From the NCBI GenBank assembly GCA_963701095.1, contig OY969564.1:1696001-1760000 (forward strand): DNA of 64,000 nucleotides, given 5' to 3'. Under the pieces are notes generated by a model that did not search any database, was not told where the DNA came from, and was given only the letters and a program-made list of their open reading frames with translations. The position numbers were made by a program, and so were the translations under genes. This DNA comes from an uncultured Methanoregulaceae archaeon. Lineage in GTDB: Archaea > Halobacteriota > Methanomicrobia > Methanomicrobiales > Methanospirillaceae. Below are positions 41,939 to 53,051 of this stretch, piece by piece; position 1 is the first letter of the stretch, and every line of letters starts with the position of its first letter.

Positions 41939-42811
41939 ATGTACATTCTTTGTTCTCCCTGCATTCTATCGCCGTCGCTCCGTGCCAAAGGTATAACACA
42001 TCCTTCGGATATTGCGGCTTTTGCCCGCTCTATAGGGCGTTGTAAGAAATTCGGCATAGATGTCGTGCCACTACCATGCCCGGAAACCCTGTATCTTGGC
42101 AATGACCGACATCCTGGCACATTCCTGGAACGGCTTAATACGCCGGAATTTACCGTGCTCCTCGAAAATCAGGTCCAGCAGGTGAACGCAATTATTGAGG
42201 AAAGGGGCCCTCCCCTTTGTATTCTTGGAGTGAACTCCTCACCGACCTGCGGGGTAACCAGTACGTATTATGGAGCAGAGGGGGATATGCCAGCTAAACG
42301 ATCCGGCCGCGGTGTATTTTATGCAAAATTTCCAGATATCCCGGCACAGGATGTTTTCGATTTCTCAAGATACCGGATCTACCTTGCTGCGCCTTTGTTT
42401 TCGGAAGCTGAGCGAACGTACAATGCAGTAATCTCCGATCTCCTCAGATCTCATTATTATGAAGTATATCTCCCACAGGAAACCGGTGACGATCATGCGG
42501 AAAGAGGTAAAAAAGAACATGCCCAAATTTTCCGCCGCAATAAAAGAGCGATTAAAGATGCGGATTTCGTTGTCGCTATCATTGACGGGGCAGATGCGGA
42601 TTCAGGGACCTCATGGGAGATTGGCTATGCTACAGGGCTTAATAAAAAAGTTATTGCTCTCAGGACAGATTTCCGGGTGGCAGGGAGCCATGAACGGGTG
42701 AATCTTATGCTTGAGCAGTCAACAAGTGTAGTTACTGATAAATTCAAACTTCTCGCTGAACTTGGCGCCTTTCCAACCGATATTCAGACCCCGGGAAAAA
42801 AATCTCCATAA
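41939..42811 (+). CDS. DUF523 (TudS-like) plus nucleoside 2-deoxyribosyltransferase-like fusion protein
   Basis: N-domain SPC, PCPE, SSPTCG; C-domain IYLAAPLFS..D..DSGTSWEIGYA. Confidence 0.75.
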   Translation: MYILCSPCILSPSLRAKGITHPSDIAAFARSIGRCKKFGIDVVPLPCPETLYLGNDRHPGTFLERLNTPEFTVLLENQVQQVNAIIEERGPPLCILGVNSSPTCGVTSTYYGAEGDMPAKRSGRGVFYAKFPDIPAQDVFDFSRYRIYLAAPLFSEAERTYNAVISDLLRSHYYEVYLPQETGDDHAERGKKEHAQIFRRNKRAIKDADFVVAIIDGADADSGTSWEIGYATGLNKKVIALRTDFRVAGSHERVNLMLEQSTSVVTDKFKLLAELGAFPTDIQTPGKKSP

Positions 42812-42861
42812 TCTTCGATTATCGCCTCCTTTTTTAAAGAAGACTCACTTTTTCCGAGGAA

Positions 42862-44436
42862 GTGACAGACAAGATATATCTGAATCCAGACAAATATCTA
42901 CTAAGAATTATGGCAAAGAAAAAAGAGAGATGGGGCCCTGAAAAAAAACGGGAAAATACCAGCGAGTGCGATCTTGACGGAGGTTTTGAATCTCCCGTAA
43001 AAACGTTCCGCGATATCTCTCGAAAAAATATACAATCACTTATTGTCAAAAGCCGGTACTTTCAGGCACTTATTGTTGTTACGGTAATTGGTATTTTCCT
43101 GAGATTCTATGACATCGGATACAATTCTATCTGGCTGGATGAAGCCACCACATATTTCACCTCAATAAAATCTCTTGCCGATATCTGGCAGGCAACTACC
43201 GCTGGAGAATTCAGCCCGCCGCTCTTTATGTGGGGTGAACATTTCATGCTCGTGCTCGGTAATAACGAGACGATCCTGCGCTTCATCCCCGCCGTTCTGG
43301 GTGTCCTTACGATACCTCTTTTTTATGTCATTGGAAAGGAATTCCTCGACAGGAATGCAGGTATTATAGCAGCCACTGCTTGTGCAGTCTCTCCATTTTT
43401 AATCTATTACTCGCAGGAAGCACGCGCATATTCAATGATGCTCTTTTTTTTGGCACTGGCAACGATTTTTTTCCTTAAGGCAATAAAATCCGGCAGTCTT
43501 ATCCATTGGGCACTTTTCGGAATCTTTTCGGCACTGGCCTTCTGGTCACACTTTTATGCTATCGTAATGATAGTGGCACTGGTATTCTTTGCTTTTGTTG
43601 AGTTGGTTCCAGGGATGCGTACCGATCTCAAAAACATGAAAATGCTGATACTGGGCATTGCTTTTTTCGTAATACTTTCGTTACCTCTGTTACTGCTTTC
43701 CGTTCAGTCTTTTGCCTCGAGGACGGCATCTGCACCCACGTACGGGATCCAGGGCTTGGGAATAATTGTAGAAACATTCAACGAGATTTCGGGGTCTAAC
43801 GATCTCGCGATGTTTCTCCTGGTAGCGCTTTTTATCATAGGGATTGTGCAGGCATTTATTATCAACAAAAATAAAGCGGCATTCCTTGTTCTGATCACTG
43901 TTATCTCGGTTATTGTAAGCTATTTCCTTTCATTCAAAATGCCGGAGCTCCCCCGGTATCTAATATTTTTAAGCATCGTCTTTTTTATTGGCATAGCAGT
44001 ATCCTACCGATTTTTTTATTCCCTTTGGAGGAGTGAGGCAGTGGTGTATGGATTTATAATCCTCCTTTTCATCGTCAGTGCACCGATGTTATCCATGTAT
44101 TATTCCGGTTATTCCAAGCCGGATTGGAGAGGTTTTTCAGAAACACTTCAGGAAAAAGTCAGTCCCGGTGATGCAGTCGTTTCCGTTCCCGGGTACATAA
44201 GCCAGCCCCTCGATTATTATTTCTCGTCAGCAAAGAGTGACACAAGAGAATATGGCGCAACAACGAGTCAGGATCTCGAAAAAATCTATTCTCAAAAAGG
44301 GAATGGTACCCTGTATTTTGTCGTAACTGATGATATCAGTGCCGCAGACCCGAATGGTGATGCAGTGGCTTGGCTCAAAAACAATACCTCTTTTGCAGGT
44401 CAGGATACAGGGATTTATCTCTTCACTTCAAACTGA
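42862..44436 (+). CDS. GT-C fold (family 39/PMT-like) membrane glycosyltransferase
   Basis: SIWLDE, PPLF, LRF.PA and YSQEARAY motifs; many TM segments; start may be 42910. Confidence 0.85.
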   Translation: MTDKIYLNPDKYLLRIMAKKKERWGPEKKRENTSECDLDGGFESPVKTFRDISRKNIQSLIVKSRYFQALIVVTVIGIFLRFYDIGYNSIWLDEATTYFTSIKSLADIWQATTAGEFSPPLFMWGEHFMLVLGNNETILRFIPAVLGVLTIPLFYVIGKEFLDRNAGIIAATACAVSPFLIYYSQEARAYSMMLFFLALATIFFLKAIKSGSLIHWALFGIFSALAFWSHFYAIVMIVALVFFAFVELVPGMRTDLKNMKMLILGIAFFVILSLPLLLLSVQSFASRTASAPTYGIQGLGIIVETFNEISGSNDLAMFLLVALFIIGIVQAFIINKNKAAFLVLITVISVIVSYFLSFKMPELPRYLIFLSIVFFIGIAVSYRFFYSLWRSEAVVYGFIILLFIVSAPMLSMYYSGYSKPDWRGFSETLQEKVSPGDAVVSVPGYISQPLDYYFSSAKSDTREYGATTSQDLEKIYSQKGNGTLYFVVTDDISAADPNGDAVAWLKNNTSFAGQDTGIYLFTSN

Positions 44437-44579
44437 TACAATTTTAATCGCGGAAGGAAAAATTAGAGAAATATAGGGATTCCAATATCAGAATTGCAAA
44501 TAAACGATGTAGAGAGGACAAATTTCTGAATTGTGGGATTCTTATTTTTTTTAGAAGGTAGTCTGGCCTTTGGCCTGCG

Positions 44580-45893
44580 TCAGCCTTTTAATGTTTTGGA
44601 AATTGTTTCAATTATAAATTGAACCATGTCGCTTGTCAGTCCGGGATATACCCCAATCCAGAACAGGTTATTCATTACGAGATCGGTATTTTCTAATGTT
44701 CCAATCTGCCGGTAATTCATATTTGAATAGGCAGGTTGTTTAATCAGGTTCCCTCCGAACAGCATGCGCGTTGCAATTTTATTCTTCTCAAGAGATTCGA
44801 CGATTTCGCCTCGATTGAACGGGGCATCTTCTTTAACAAGAATCGGGAAACCAAACCAGCTTGGTTCCGAATTTGTTGTTGCCTGGGGAAGTATCACGTT
44901 TGTATTTCTTTTTTTCAGGCCCTGGTATAATAAATTGAAATTCTTTTTTCTTTTCTCAATAAACGCTGGTAGTTTTTTTAACTGTGCCACTCCGATTGCT
45001 GCCTGCAAATCGGTCACCTTGAGATTGTAACCGATATGGGAATACACGTACTTGTGGTCATATCCTTGGGGGAGTTCACCAAACTGCCAGTTAAATCTTT
45101 TTTTGCACGAGTTGTCGTGTCCGGGATCGCACCAACAATCCCTTCCCCAGTCGCGAAACGAAGCGATAATTTTTTTCAGTATTGGATCATTAGTGAGGAC
45201 CGCACCTCCCTCTCCCATCGTCATATGATGTGCCGGATAGAAACTAAACGTAGAAATTTGGCCAAATGTCCCCGTAAACTTCCCCCGGTACCGGGATCCA
45301 AGGGCGTCGCAATTATCTTCTATATACCACAGGTTGTATTTCCTGACTAATTTCATAATGGTGTCGAGATTGGCAGGATTTCCGAGTGTATGAGGAATAA
45401 AAATTGCTTTTGTTTTATCAGAAATGGCCTCTTCAATCAGATCTGCCTGGATATTGTAGGTTCCAAGTTCCACGTCCAGAAAAACAGGGATAAGATTATT
45501 TTGAAGTATCGGATTGAGGGTCGTTGGAAACCCGCAGGCAGTGGTGATAACTTCGTCTCCTGTTTTTAATGCCCGATGACCCAGTTTGGATGACGTAAGT
45601 GCTGAAACCGCAAGAAGATTTGCCGATGATCCGGAATTTGTCAGAAGACAATGTTCCATGCCAAGAAATGCTGCAAATTCGCGTTCAAATTGTTCTGCGA
45701 AGCGTCCGGAAGTGAGCCAGAAGTCGAGTGATGCATCAACAAGAGCAATCATTTCATCGGCATCATAAATCCTGCCGGCATATGGTATCGGTGAAGTCCC
45801 CGGAACAAATGCGGGCTGCTGTTCACGCAATTTGAATAACTCGGAAACGTTTTGAAAAATTTTTTCACGTATTTTTTTTTCATTTTCATCCAT
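44580..45893 (-). CDS. rfbH: CDP-4-keto-6-deoxyglucose 3-dehydrase (E1)
   Basis: [14 protein letters not shown] (His in place of the usual PLP Lys), GRDCWC..DNSC Fe-S motif and GYDHKY. Confidence 0.92.
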   Translation of the reverse strand: MDENEKKIREKIFQNVSELFKLREQQPAFVPGTSPIPYAGRIYDADEMIALVDASLDFWLTSGRFAEQFEREFAAFLGMEHCLLTNSGSSANLLAVSALTSSKLGHRALKTGDEVITTACGFPTTLNPILQNNLIPVFLDVELGTYNIQADLIEEAISDKTKAIFIPHTLGNPANLDTIMKLVRKYNLWYIEDNCDALGSRYRGKFTGTFGQISTFSFYPAHHMTMGEGGAVLTNDPILKKIIASFRDWGRDCWCDPGHDNSCKKRFNWQFGELPQGYDHKYVYSHIGYNLKVTDLQAAIGVAQLKKLPAFIEKRKKNFNLLYQGLKKRNTNVILPQATTNSEPSWFGFPILVKEDAPFNRGEIVESLEKNKIATRMLFGGNLIKQPAYSNMNYRQIGTLENTDLVMNNLFWIGVYPGLTSDMVQFIIETISKTLKG

Positions 45894-45991
45894 AATTTAT
45901 TCCCAGACTAAGAACTCCTTTAAATCTTCCACTCGTTTAATTATCAAGGTTATTGATCATTAATACTATTAGGGAATAACTTCCAATAGCT

Positions 45992-46891
45992 TTGAACAGG
46001 ATGAAAAGGATTTTGCTCACCGGTGGCACCGGGTATCTTGGCAGTAAAATACTCGTTCAGCTGGTAGACGAAGGTTATTGTATCATACTTCTGAAAAGAT
46101 CTTTTTCAAACACGGAACGAATTAAAGAATACATAAAAAAGATTATTGTTTATGATATCGATCGTGTCTCTTTGGAGAATGTTTTTAATGAAAATACGAT
46201 CGATATAATAATTCACTGCGCAACAGATTACGGAAGATCAGAAAATGATCCACTCCACGTCGTAGATACAAATTTAATATTTCCGCTAAAATTACTCGAG
46301 CTGGGTAAAAAAAACCATGTAAAATGCTTCATTAATGCGGATACTGTCTTAGACAAGCAGACCGACAAATACTCCCTTTCAAAAAAACAATTTAAAGAGT
46401 GGTTATACACCTATCGAAAAAGATTTAGCTGCATTAATGTTGCACTGGAGCATTTTTACGGGCCCGGGGATAACCCGACTAAGTTTGTTACCTATCTCCT
46501 GCACAATTTAATGAAAAATGCAGAAAGGATTGATTTGACAAAGGGCGAACAAAAAAGAGATTTTATTTATATAGATGACGTAGTCGACGCTTTCGAAAAA
46601 ATAATAAAATCATCAGACAATTTTTTAAAGGATTTTTATGAATTCGAAGTAGGTTCCAACCAATCGCTTTCTATCAGGGAATTCGTCGAACTGGCAAAAA
46701 ATATATCCGGAAACACGGTGACGGCTCTCAATTTTGGGGTAATACCCTATCGGGAAAATGAAATAATGGATCACAAGGCTGATACCTCTGGAATCTCCAG
46801 TTTAGGATGGAAATGCACTATTTCCCCAGCGGAGGGATTACGTAAAATGTTTGAGTCAGAAAAGCGATCCATAATCCAAGATCGATCATGA
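45992..46891 (+). CDS. rfbS: CDP-paratose synthase-like 4-reductase (RfbS/RfbJ family)
   Basis: [27 protein letters not shown] and RDFIYIDD motifs; context next to the tyvelose epimerase; start probably 46001. Confidence 0.7.
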   Translation: MNRMKRILLTGGTGYLGSKILVQLVDEGYCIILLKRSFSNTERIKEYIKKIIVYDIDRVSLENVFNENTIDIIIHCATDYGRSENDPLHVVDTNLIFPLKLLELGKKNHVKCFINADTVLDKQTDKYSLSKKQFKEWLYTYRKRFSCINVALEHFYGPGDNPTKFVTYLLHNLMKNAERIDLTKGEQKRDFIYIDDVVDAFEKIIKSSDNFLKDFYEFEVGSNQSLSIREFVELAKNISGNTVTALNFGVIPYRENEIMDHKADTSGISSLGWKCTISPAEGLRKMFESEKRSIIQDRS

Positions 46892-47910
46892 GAATATTAA
46901 TCACCGGTGGTTGCGGTTTCCTTGGATGCAATATCGCCCGGAAAATTTTAGAAACGGGGGACGAGCTTTTCATCTTTGATAATTTGTCAAGGGTGGGGTC
47001 AGAAAAAAACCTGGGATGGTTAAAGGAAAAAGGAAATTTCGAATTCATTAATGGCGATATCCGGGATAAAAACACGGTTTTTGATATCATAAAGAAAGCA
47101 ACACCGGATGTCGTTTTCCACTTAGCCGGTCAAGTGGCAATGACAACATCTATCAGTAATCCCCGGCTGGATTTTGAAATAAACGCTTTAGGATCCTTCA
47201 ACGTGCTGGAATCTGTAAAAAATTATTCTCCAGATACCATCGTGGTCTATTCGTCAACAAATAAGGTATATGGGGACCTTGAATGGGTACACTATGATGA
47301 AACGGAGAAAAGGTACATTGCACGGGAATTTCCCGAGGGGTTCTCGGAGACAATTCGCCTGGATTTCCATTCGCCGTACGGGTGCTCCAAAGGATGTGCA
47401 GACCAGTACATGCTGGATTTTTACCGGATCTTTGGTATTAATACCGTCGTTTTCCGGCATTCCTCTATGTTTGGTGGAAGACAGTTTTCGACTATAGATC
47501 AGGGATGGATAGGCTGGTTCTGCCAAAAAGCTCTTGAAACAAAAAAAGGCACGTTAAAAGAGCCTTTTACCATTTCAGGTGACGGAAAACAGGTCAGGGA
47601 TGTGTTATACGCCGATGATATGGTTGACCTTTATCTTGGCGTAATAAAAAATATTGATAAAGCGAAGGGACAGGTTTTTAATATTGGCGGGGGGATGCAA
47701 AACAGCTTATCCCTGCTGGAGCTTTTTGACATTCTTGAAACCCGGCTCAATATTCAATTAACCTATGACAAAATCCCTGCCAGAATGAGCGATCAAAAAA
47801 TATTCGTTGCTGATATTCGTAAAATTAAGCAATTTATTGGCTGGGAACCAAAAACGGATAAAATATCCGGCATAGAAAAGATGCTTCAATGGATCGATTT
47901 GAATGAATAA
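46888..47910 (+). CDS. rfbE: CDP-paratose 2-epimerase (CDP-tyvelose synthesis)
   Basis: [23 protein letters not shown] and [40 protein letters not shown], closely resembling enterobacterial tyvelose epimerase as recalled. Confidence 0.88.
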   Translation: MRILITGGCGFLGCNIARKILETGDELFIFDNLSRVGSEKNLGWLKEKGNFEFINGDIRDKNTVFDIIKKATPDVVFHLAGQVAMTTSISNPRLDFEINALGSFNVLESVKNYSPDTIVVYSSTNKVYGDLEWVHYDETEKRYIAREFPEGFSETIRLDFHSPYGCSKGCADQYMLDFYRIFGINTVVFRHSSMFGGRQFSTIDQGWIGWFCQKALETKKGTLKEPFTISGDGKQVRDVLYADDMVDLYLGVIKNIDKAKGQVFNIGGGMQNSLSLLELFDILETRLNIQLTYDKIPARMSDQKIFVADIRKIKQFIGWEPKTDKISGIEKMLQWIDLNE

Positions 47911-48601
47911 TTCAATAAAATTAAGCGTGATAATGCCATGTTATCTGGAAGAAGAAAATTTGCGTTTACTGCTCCCGCGATTAGTACATGAAGTTGAGAT
48001 GATCGGGGACCCGTTTGAGATATTAATCATCGATACAATACAGGCAATGGACAATACCAAAGAAGTCTGCGAAGCAAACAATGCCACTTATATCGCAAGG
48101 GAAGGGGGAAATAACTACGGTGACGCGATAAGGACAGGTATTACCCGGGCCCGTGGTGAGTTCACCATTTTTATGGACGCCGACGGGTCCCATTCCCCCG
48201 AATTCATCAGTAACCTGTACAGGCACAGAAATGAATACGATGTCGTCATTGCTTCAAGATACGTAGAAGGAGGATCTACAGATAACACGTGGTTATTGGT
48301 ACTGATGAGTTATATAACCAATAAGACGTATTCGATAATTTTAAATTTACAATATAAAGACATCTCTAACAGTTTTAAATTGTACAAAACAGTATGGCTG
48401 AAAGACCTGACGTTAAGATGTAAAAATTTTGACATTGTTGAAGAGATTTTATACAAAATTAAAAAAAACCATAAGGAATTGACTGTTCTGGAAATCCCGT
48501 ATTCTTTTAAACAAAGGCTCTTTGGCCATACAAAAAGAAATTTGTTTGTTTTCATCCTTACCTATATTGTAACCATTCTCAGACTGAGGTTTGATTTTTA
48601 A
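47903..48601 (+). CDS. GT2 polyprenol-phosphate glycosyltransferase (DPM1/GtrB-like)
   Basis: SVIMPCY.EEENL, MDADGSH.P and ASRYVEGG motifs. Confidence 0.88.
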   Translation: MNNSIKLSVIMPCYLEEENLRLLLPRLVHEVEMIGDPFEILIIDTIQAMDNTKEVCEANNATYIAREGGNNYGDAIRTGITRARGEFTIFMDADGSHSPEFISNLYRHRNEYDVVIASRYVEGGSTDNTWLLVLMSYITNKTYSIILNLQYKDISNSFKLYKTVWLKDLTLRCKNFDIVEEILYKIKKNHKELTVLEIPYSFKQRLFGHTKRNLFVFILTYIVTILRLRFDF

Positions 48602-48648
48602 TGCATCCTTGGTGTAACTGTTGTTTTTTTCAGAACTGCCGTGAAAAA

Positions 48649-49050
48649 ATGAGAGAATTATATGAGAACAGTTTTTTGAGATTTTTATTTGTTGGTGGAC
48701 TCGGTACTGTCGTTAATATTCTGATTTTTTTTATATTCGCTGATACCCTGCATTTTGACCCCACATTTTCATCGGTTATTGCATTTTTATTTGCCGTAAC
48801 ACAAAATTATATCCTGAATCATGTGTGGAGTTTTAAAAACATTGTAAACTTTCAGTTGAACAAAAAAAGTTATTTCAAATACGTCTGCGTTAATATTTTT
48901 GGCTTGGTAATCAATCTATTAGTACTCAATATGATTCTCCTTTGGCTCAATCCCGCAATTAAAACGGAAGCCCAATTATTCGGGGTGCTGTCTGGTACGA
49001 TTTTCAATTTTATCTTGTCCAGAATGTATGTTTTCAAAGAAAATCCGTAA
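48649..49050 (+). CDS. gtrA: GtrA family lipid-linked sugar flippase
   Basis: RFLFVGGLGTVVN, NYILNHVWSF and NFILSRMYVF motifs; 4 TM segments. Confidence 0.88.
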   Translation: MRELYENSFLRFLFVGGLGTVVNILIFFIFADTLHFDPTFSSVIAFLFAVTQNYILNHVWSFKNIVNFQLNKKSYFKYVCVNIFGLVINLLVLNMILLWLNPAIKTEAQLFGVLSGTIFNFILSRMYVFKENP

Positions 49051-49143
49051 TTCTTTATTGAGAAAAAGAAGAGGGATTAAAAAACCCATTGTAGTATTAA
49101 AGCAGTTTCATTGAGTTCAGGTCTGATAATATATCCCTGTTTT

Positions 49144-50259
49144 TCAAATCCTGTCTAAATTATACATTTTTTCTGCACAATCGGTAAATTCATGGATCTG
49201 ATCCAATGAAGTTTCAATCATACTCCTGTTTCCGGAATTGTTTTGTTTATACCATTCCACGGTTTTCTGTATTGTCCTATCAATGCCATACACCGGTTTC
49301 CATTCAAGTTTCGTCATCGCTTTTGCGATATCCAGCTTAAGGTAACCTGCTTCATGCACCGGATTTTCCTCATCTAAGGTAATTTCCCATTTTCCCGAAC
49401 CCCATTTGCCAATGACTTTTTCGGCAATTTCCCGGACCGTAATATTACTTGAATAATGCGGCCCGAAATTCCATGCATCAGCATAAACACTAGGATTTTC
49501 TCTCATCCGAAGTCCGAGAAGAAGGTAACCGGATAAGGGATCCAGTACAAATTGCCATGGACGAACGGCTTCGGGGTTGCGGATTCTGATCGGATCGTCT
49601 TTTATGAGGGATCGTATGCAATCGGGAACAATTCTGTTCGCTGCCCAATCCCCCCCGCCAATAATATTGCCCGCCCGTGCGGACGAGATTGAGTGAATCG
49701 GTGCTTTTTCGTTCGGATTAAAAAAACTTTTCCTATACGATGCAATCGCAATTTCAGCAGCACCTTTGCTTGCGCTGTAGGGATCATAGCCTCCGAGGGA
49801 ATCGTTTTCACGGTAGGCATAAATCCATTCCCTGTTCTCATAACATTTATCGCTGGTGATGCAAACACATGTCGTCGGACGCCGGCACAACCTGATAGCC
49901 TCAAGAATATTGACGGTTCCCATTACGTTAACATTAAACGTATCACATGGATTCTTGTACGAATCCCGGACCAATGGCTGGGCAGCAAGATGGAAAATAA
50001 AATCCGGATGGAATTTCTTTACGACCTCAATCAGTTTTTCCCTCTCTAAAATATCTCCCCGGATATCTGTTATGAGGTTTTTTAGTCCTGTCTCATGGAA
50101 GAAGGAAGGATTTGTAGGGGTATTAAGGCTGTACCCAACAATTTTTGCCCCTAACGAGTGCAGCCACAATGCGAGCCACCCGCCTTTAAAACCGGTATGT
50201 CCGGTTATGAGAACGGTTTTACCCTTATAGGCGTCCGAGAGTCTATCCTTGAAATTCAT
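49144..50259 (-). CDS. rfbG: CDP-glucose 4,6-dehydratase
   Basis: TGHTGFKGGWL, HLAAQPLVR, TSDKCY and RAGNIIGGGDW motifs. Confidence 0.95.
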   Translation of the reverse strand: MNFKDRLSDAYKGKTVLITGHTGFKGGWLALWLHSLGAKIVGYSLNTPTNPSFFHETGLKNLITDIRGDILEREKLIEVVKKFHPDFIFHLAAQPLVRDSYKNPCDTFNVNVMGTVNILEAIRLCRRPTTCVCITSDKCYENREWIYAYRENDSLGGYDPYSASKGAAEIAIASYRKSFFNPNEKAPIHSISSARAGNIIGGGDWAANRIVPDCIRSLIKDDPIRIRNPEAVRPWQFVLDPLSGYLLLGLRMRENPSVYADAWNFGPHYSSNITVREIAEKVIGKWGSGKWEITLDEENPVHEAGYLKLDIAKAMTKLEWKPVYGIDRTIQKTVEWYKQNNSGNRSMIETSLDQIHEFTDCAEKMYNLDRI

Positions 50260-51023
50260 CTGTCCCACACGTTCCAAGGTGCTTTTCCTGTGCTCCAAAC
50301 ATTTTCGAGGTAGTTTTTATCTCTTAGGGTATCCATTGGATACCAGAATCCCTCGTGTTTGTACGCATTGAGCTGTCCCTCCTTTGCCAGTTCCTCCAAA
50401 GGAGCTCTCTCGAGGGTAGTTGTATCATCCTCCAAGTAATCGAACAATTGCGGTTCGAATACAAAAAATCCTCCATTTATATATCCGCTTCCTGGTTTTT
50501 CCAAAAATGTAGTTACGTTTGACCCGTTTAATTTTAAAACGCCGAATCTTCCTACAGGACGAATGGCAGTTAAGGTTGCAGTTTGACCTTGTTTTTTATG
50601 AAACTTTATTAAATTAGGAATATTAACGTCGGACAGGCCATCACCGTACGTGAGCATAAAAGGTTCATCTCCAATATATGACTGGATTCTTTTTACCCGG
50701 CCACCAGTCATAGTATTATCCCCGGTATCAATGAGCGAAATTTTCCAGGGTTCTGAGAAATTCTGATGAATTTCTGTTTTGTTGTTTTTTATATCGATAG
50801 TAACATCGGACATATGGAGGAAATAATTGGCAAAATATTCCTTTATGATATACCCTTTATACCCCAGACAAATTATGAAATCATTATAGCCATAGTGAGA
50901 AAAAATTTTCATAATATGCCATAAAATGGGTTTTCCTCCAATCTCCACCATTGGTTTGGGTTTGACAACCGTCTCTTCACTAAGGCGAGTACCCAGCCCC
51001 CCGGCGAGAAGTACTACTTTCAT
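50256..51023 (-). CDS. rfbF: Glucose-1-phosphate cytidylyltransferase
   Basis: LAGGLGTRLSEET..KPKPMVEIGG, MTGGR, TYGDG and MDTLRD motifs. Confidence 0.95.
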   Translation of the reverse strand: MKVVLLAGGLGTRLSEETVVKPKPMVEIGGKPILWHIMKIFSHYGYNDFIICLGYKGYIIKEYFANYFLHMSDVTIDIKNNKTEIHQNFSEPWKISLIDTGDNTMTGGRVKRIQSYIGDEPFMLTYGDGLSDVNIPNLIKFHKKQGQTATLTAIRPVGRFGVLKLNGSNVTTFLEKPGSGYINGGFFVFEPQLFDYLEDDTTTLERAPLEELAKEGQLNAYKHEGFWYPMDTLRDKNYLENVWSTGKAPWNVWDR

Positions 51024-51309
51024 GGATTCGGTTTTCGTAATTTCTCACCTCTAACAAACAAGTATACTTATACATAATTGCTTTTAAACCAATAGCACAA
51101 AAATATCTCTTCATTTATGTCAATTAATTGGTGCATTTCATAATTAATTTCCGTTGTGATAAAGATTATATTTTTTTTGGAATTGTAACACTTGCAATTA
51201 TTAACCTAATCGTTTTTATCTGAAATCACAAAAACGTGGTACTTTACATTCGCATTGCAATCATATCATAAAAAATCCTCATATCCTTCAAGATCCAATA
51301 TAATTGCTC

Positions 51310-52281
51310 ATGTCTAATATCACCGTCGCTGTCCTTGCCCCGAATGGCTTTGCAGAAGAGTTGGGAAAAAAAGGGACGACAAGCGATATCACTTTTTACA
51401 ACCTCAAGAGGGGTGAATCCACTGTCACTCTCATCGAACCTACACGATATCCCGAAAAACTTTCCTCACTCTTTTATACAATCTCTCTTGCCGATCGTGT
51501 CATTCTTGTTGTCGATGAAATCACGGCAACGTTTGGTGAAACGGTTCTTATGCTCCAGAGTGCTGGAAAAGCACAGGGGTATATTATCTTCCGGAATTAC
51601 CTGACACCGGATCAGGTTGCACCGCTCATCAAAGGAACGGTTCTTGAGCACTACGAGGCTATTGAACATGATCCTATTGGTTTACGGGAGAAATTGCTTG
51701 ATGCCGCGGCAAAGTTGACTTCACACCAGAAGATAAAGGAAGGCGTCGGCAATGGAACAGTTCCTGTTGATCATCATTTCAATGTCAAAGGAGTCGGCAT
51801 TGTCGTTTTGGGATGCGTTACCCATGGTCTCATCAAAAAACACGATTCCCTCAAGGTTCTCCCAACAACTAAAGTTGCGCAGGTCCGTTCTATCCAGAAG
51901 CACGATGATGACGCGGAAACTGCAGTTACCGGCGACCGGGTGGGACTTTCACTCAAGGGTATCGAAGCAGAAGACCTTGATCGGGGCTATGTCCTCACGA
52001 ACGATCCTGCAATTAAAAGTTCTCTTACCGTGACCGGCAGAGCGCAGCTTGTCAAATACTGGCCCGCCCCTTTAAAGGAAGGGATGGTAATCTACCTTGG
52101 CCATTGGATGCAATTTTTGCCTTCACGTGTCACCGGGGTATCGGCTGAAGGAGATTGGAGAATGCCCGAACTTTCATTTACCGTTGATAAAGAACTGGTC
52201 TATCCTCCCGGAGCCCACGTGGTGTTGCATTACCTGGAGGGCGGCAAACTCAGGGTTGTAGGATCCCTGACCCTTTCCTAA
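51310..52281 (+). CDS. SelB-like / EF-Tu domain-2 protein with a degenerate G domain
   Basis: LGKKGTTSDIT, PVDHHFNVKGVG, VRSIQKHD and GDRVG motifs; no intact P-loop. Confidence 0.8.
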   Translation: MSNITVAVLAPNGFAEELGKKGTTSDITFYNLKRGESTVTLIEPTRYPEKLSSLFYTISLADRVILVVDEITATFGETVLMLQSAGKAQGYIIFRNYLTPDQVAPLIKGTVLEHYEAIEHDPIGLREKLLDAAAKLTSHQKIKEGVGNGTVPVDHHFNVKGVGIVVLGCVTHGLIKKHDSLKVLPTTKVAQVRSIQKHDDDAETAVTGDRVGLSLKGIEAEDLDRGYVLTNDPAIKSSLTVTGRAQLVKYWPAPLKEGMVIYLGHWMQFLPSRVTGVSAEGDWRMPELSFTVDKELVYPPGAHVVLHYLEGGKLRVVGSLTLS

Positions 52282-52388
52282 ACCGGTTCGTTTTTTCTTT
52301 CTTTTAACCGAATTGTACCCAAAGTGCCATTATCCCGGCTTACCTCACCTATTATCTTGTACCGAATGCATCAATGTACTGATAACTC

Positions 52389-52958
52389 ATGTTCGATGAT
52401 ATCATCGGTTGGATAATTCTTGCCGTAATTGTTGTCATTATTATCGGCCTCATCTTATGGATAGTCGGCATTTACAACAGGTTCCAGTCCCTGAAAAATT
52501 CGTCTGAAGCGACTCTCGGGCAGATCCGGGTTGCAATGAAGAAACGTCTGGATATGATAGAACAGCTGCTAGGTGCAGTGAAAAGCTATGCAAAGTTCGA
52601 GCAGGAGACGTTTACCAAAGTTACTGCCATGCGATCAGTGGTCGCGACTGCAGGGCCCGGGGACCTTAATAAAGTCGAGGCCGAATCCCGCTCCATTTTC
52701 GGACGTCTTCTGGCGGTGGCAGAAAACTACCCGGAGTTAAAAACTTCGCAGACGGTCTCTTCCCTTATGGACGCAGTAAAAAACCTTGAGGACGAAATCT
52801 CTCGCCACAGGTATACATATAACAATATCTCACAGGAATTCAACACAATGATGGATACTATCCCCTCCAAATTTGTCGGGAGTATGACTCATCTGCCAAA
52901 GCTTGAATATCTCCAGTTCGAAGATGAAATCAAGACGCCACCAAAAATCGAGTTCTAA
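52389..52958 (+). CDS. lemA: LemA family protein
   Basis: N-terminal TM; YN..., [15 protein letters not shown] and RYTYN motifs. Confidence 0.92.
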   Translation: MFDDIIGWIILAVIVVIIIGLILWIVGIYNRFQSLKNSSEATLGQIRVAMKKRLDMIEQLLGAVKSYAKFEQETFTKVTAMRSVVATAGPGDLNKVEAESRSIFGRLLAVAENYPELKTSQTVSSLMDAVKNLEDEISRHRYTYNNISQEFNTMMDTIPSKFVGSMTHLPKLEYLQFEDEIKTPPKIEF

Positions 52959-53051
52959 AAAAGTCAGATCCTTTTTCCAACAAGGAGAAAAGAGATATAA
53001 ATCCGCATCAATTTATTGAATACCTAAGAAATGTAATAAAAGAGGGCGTTT

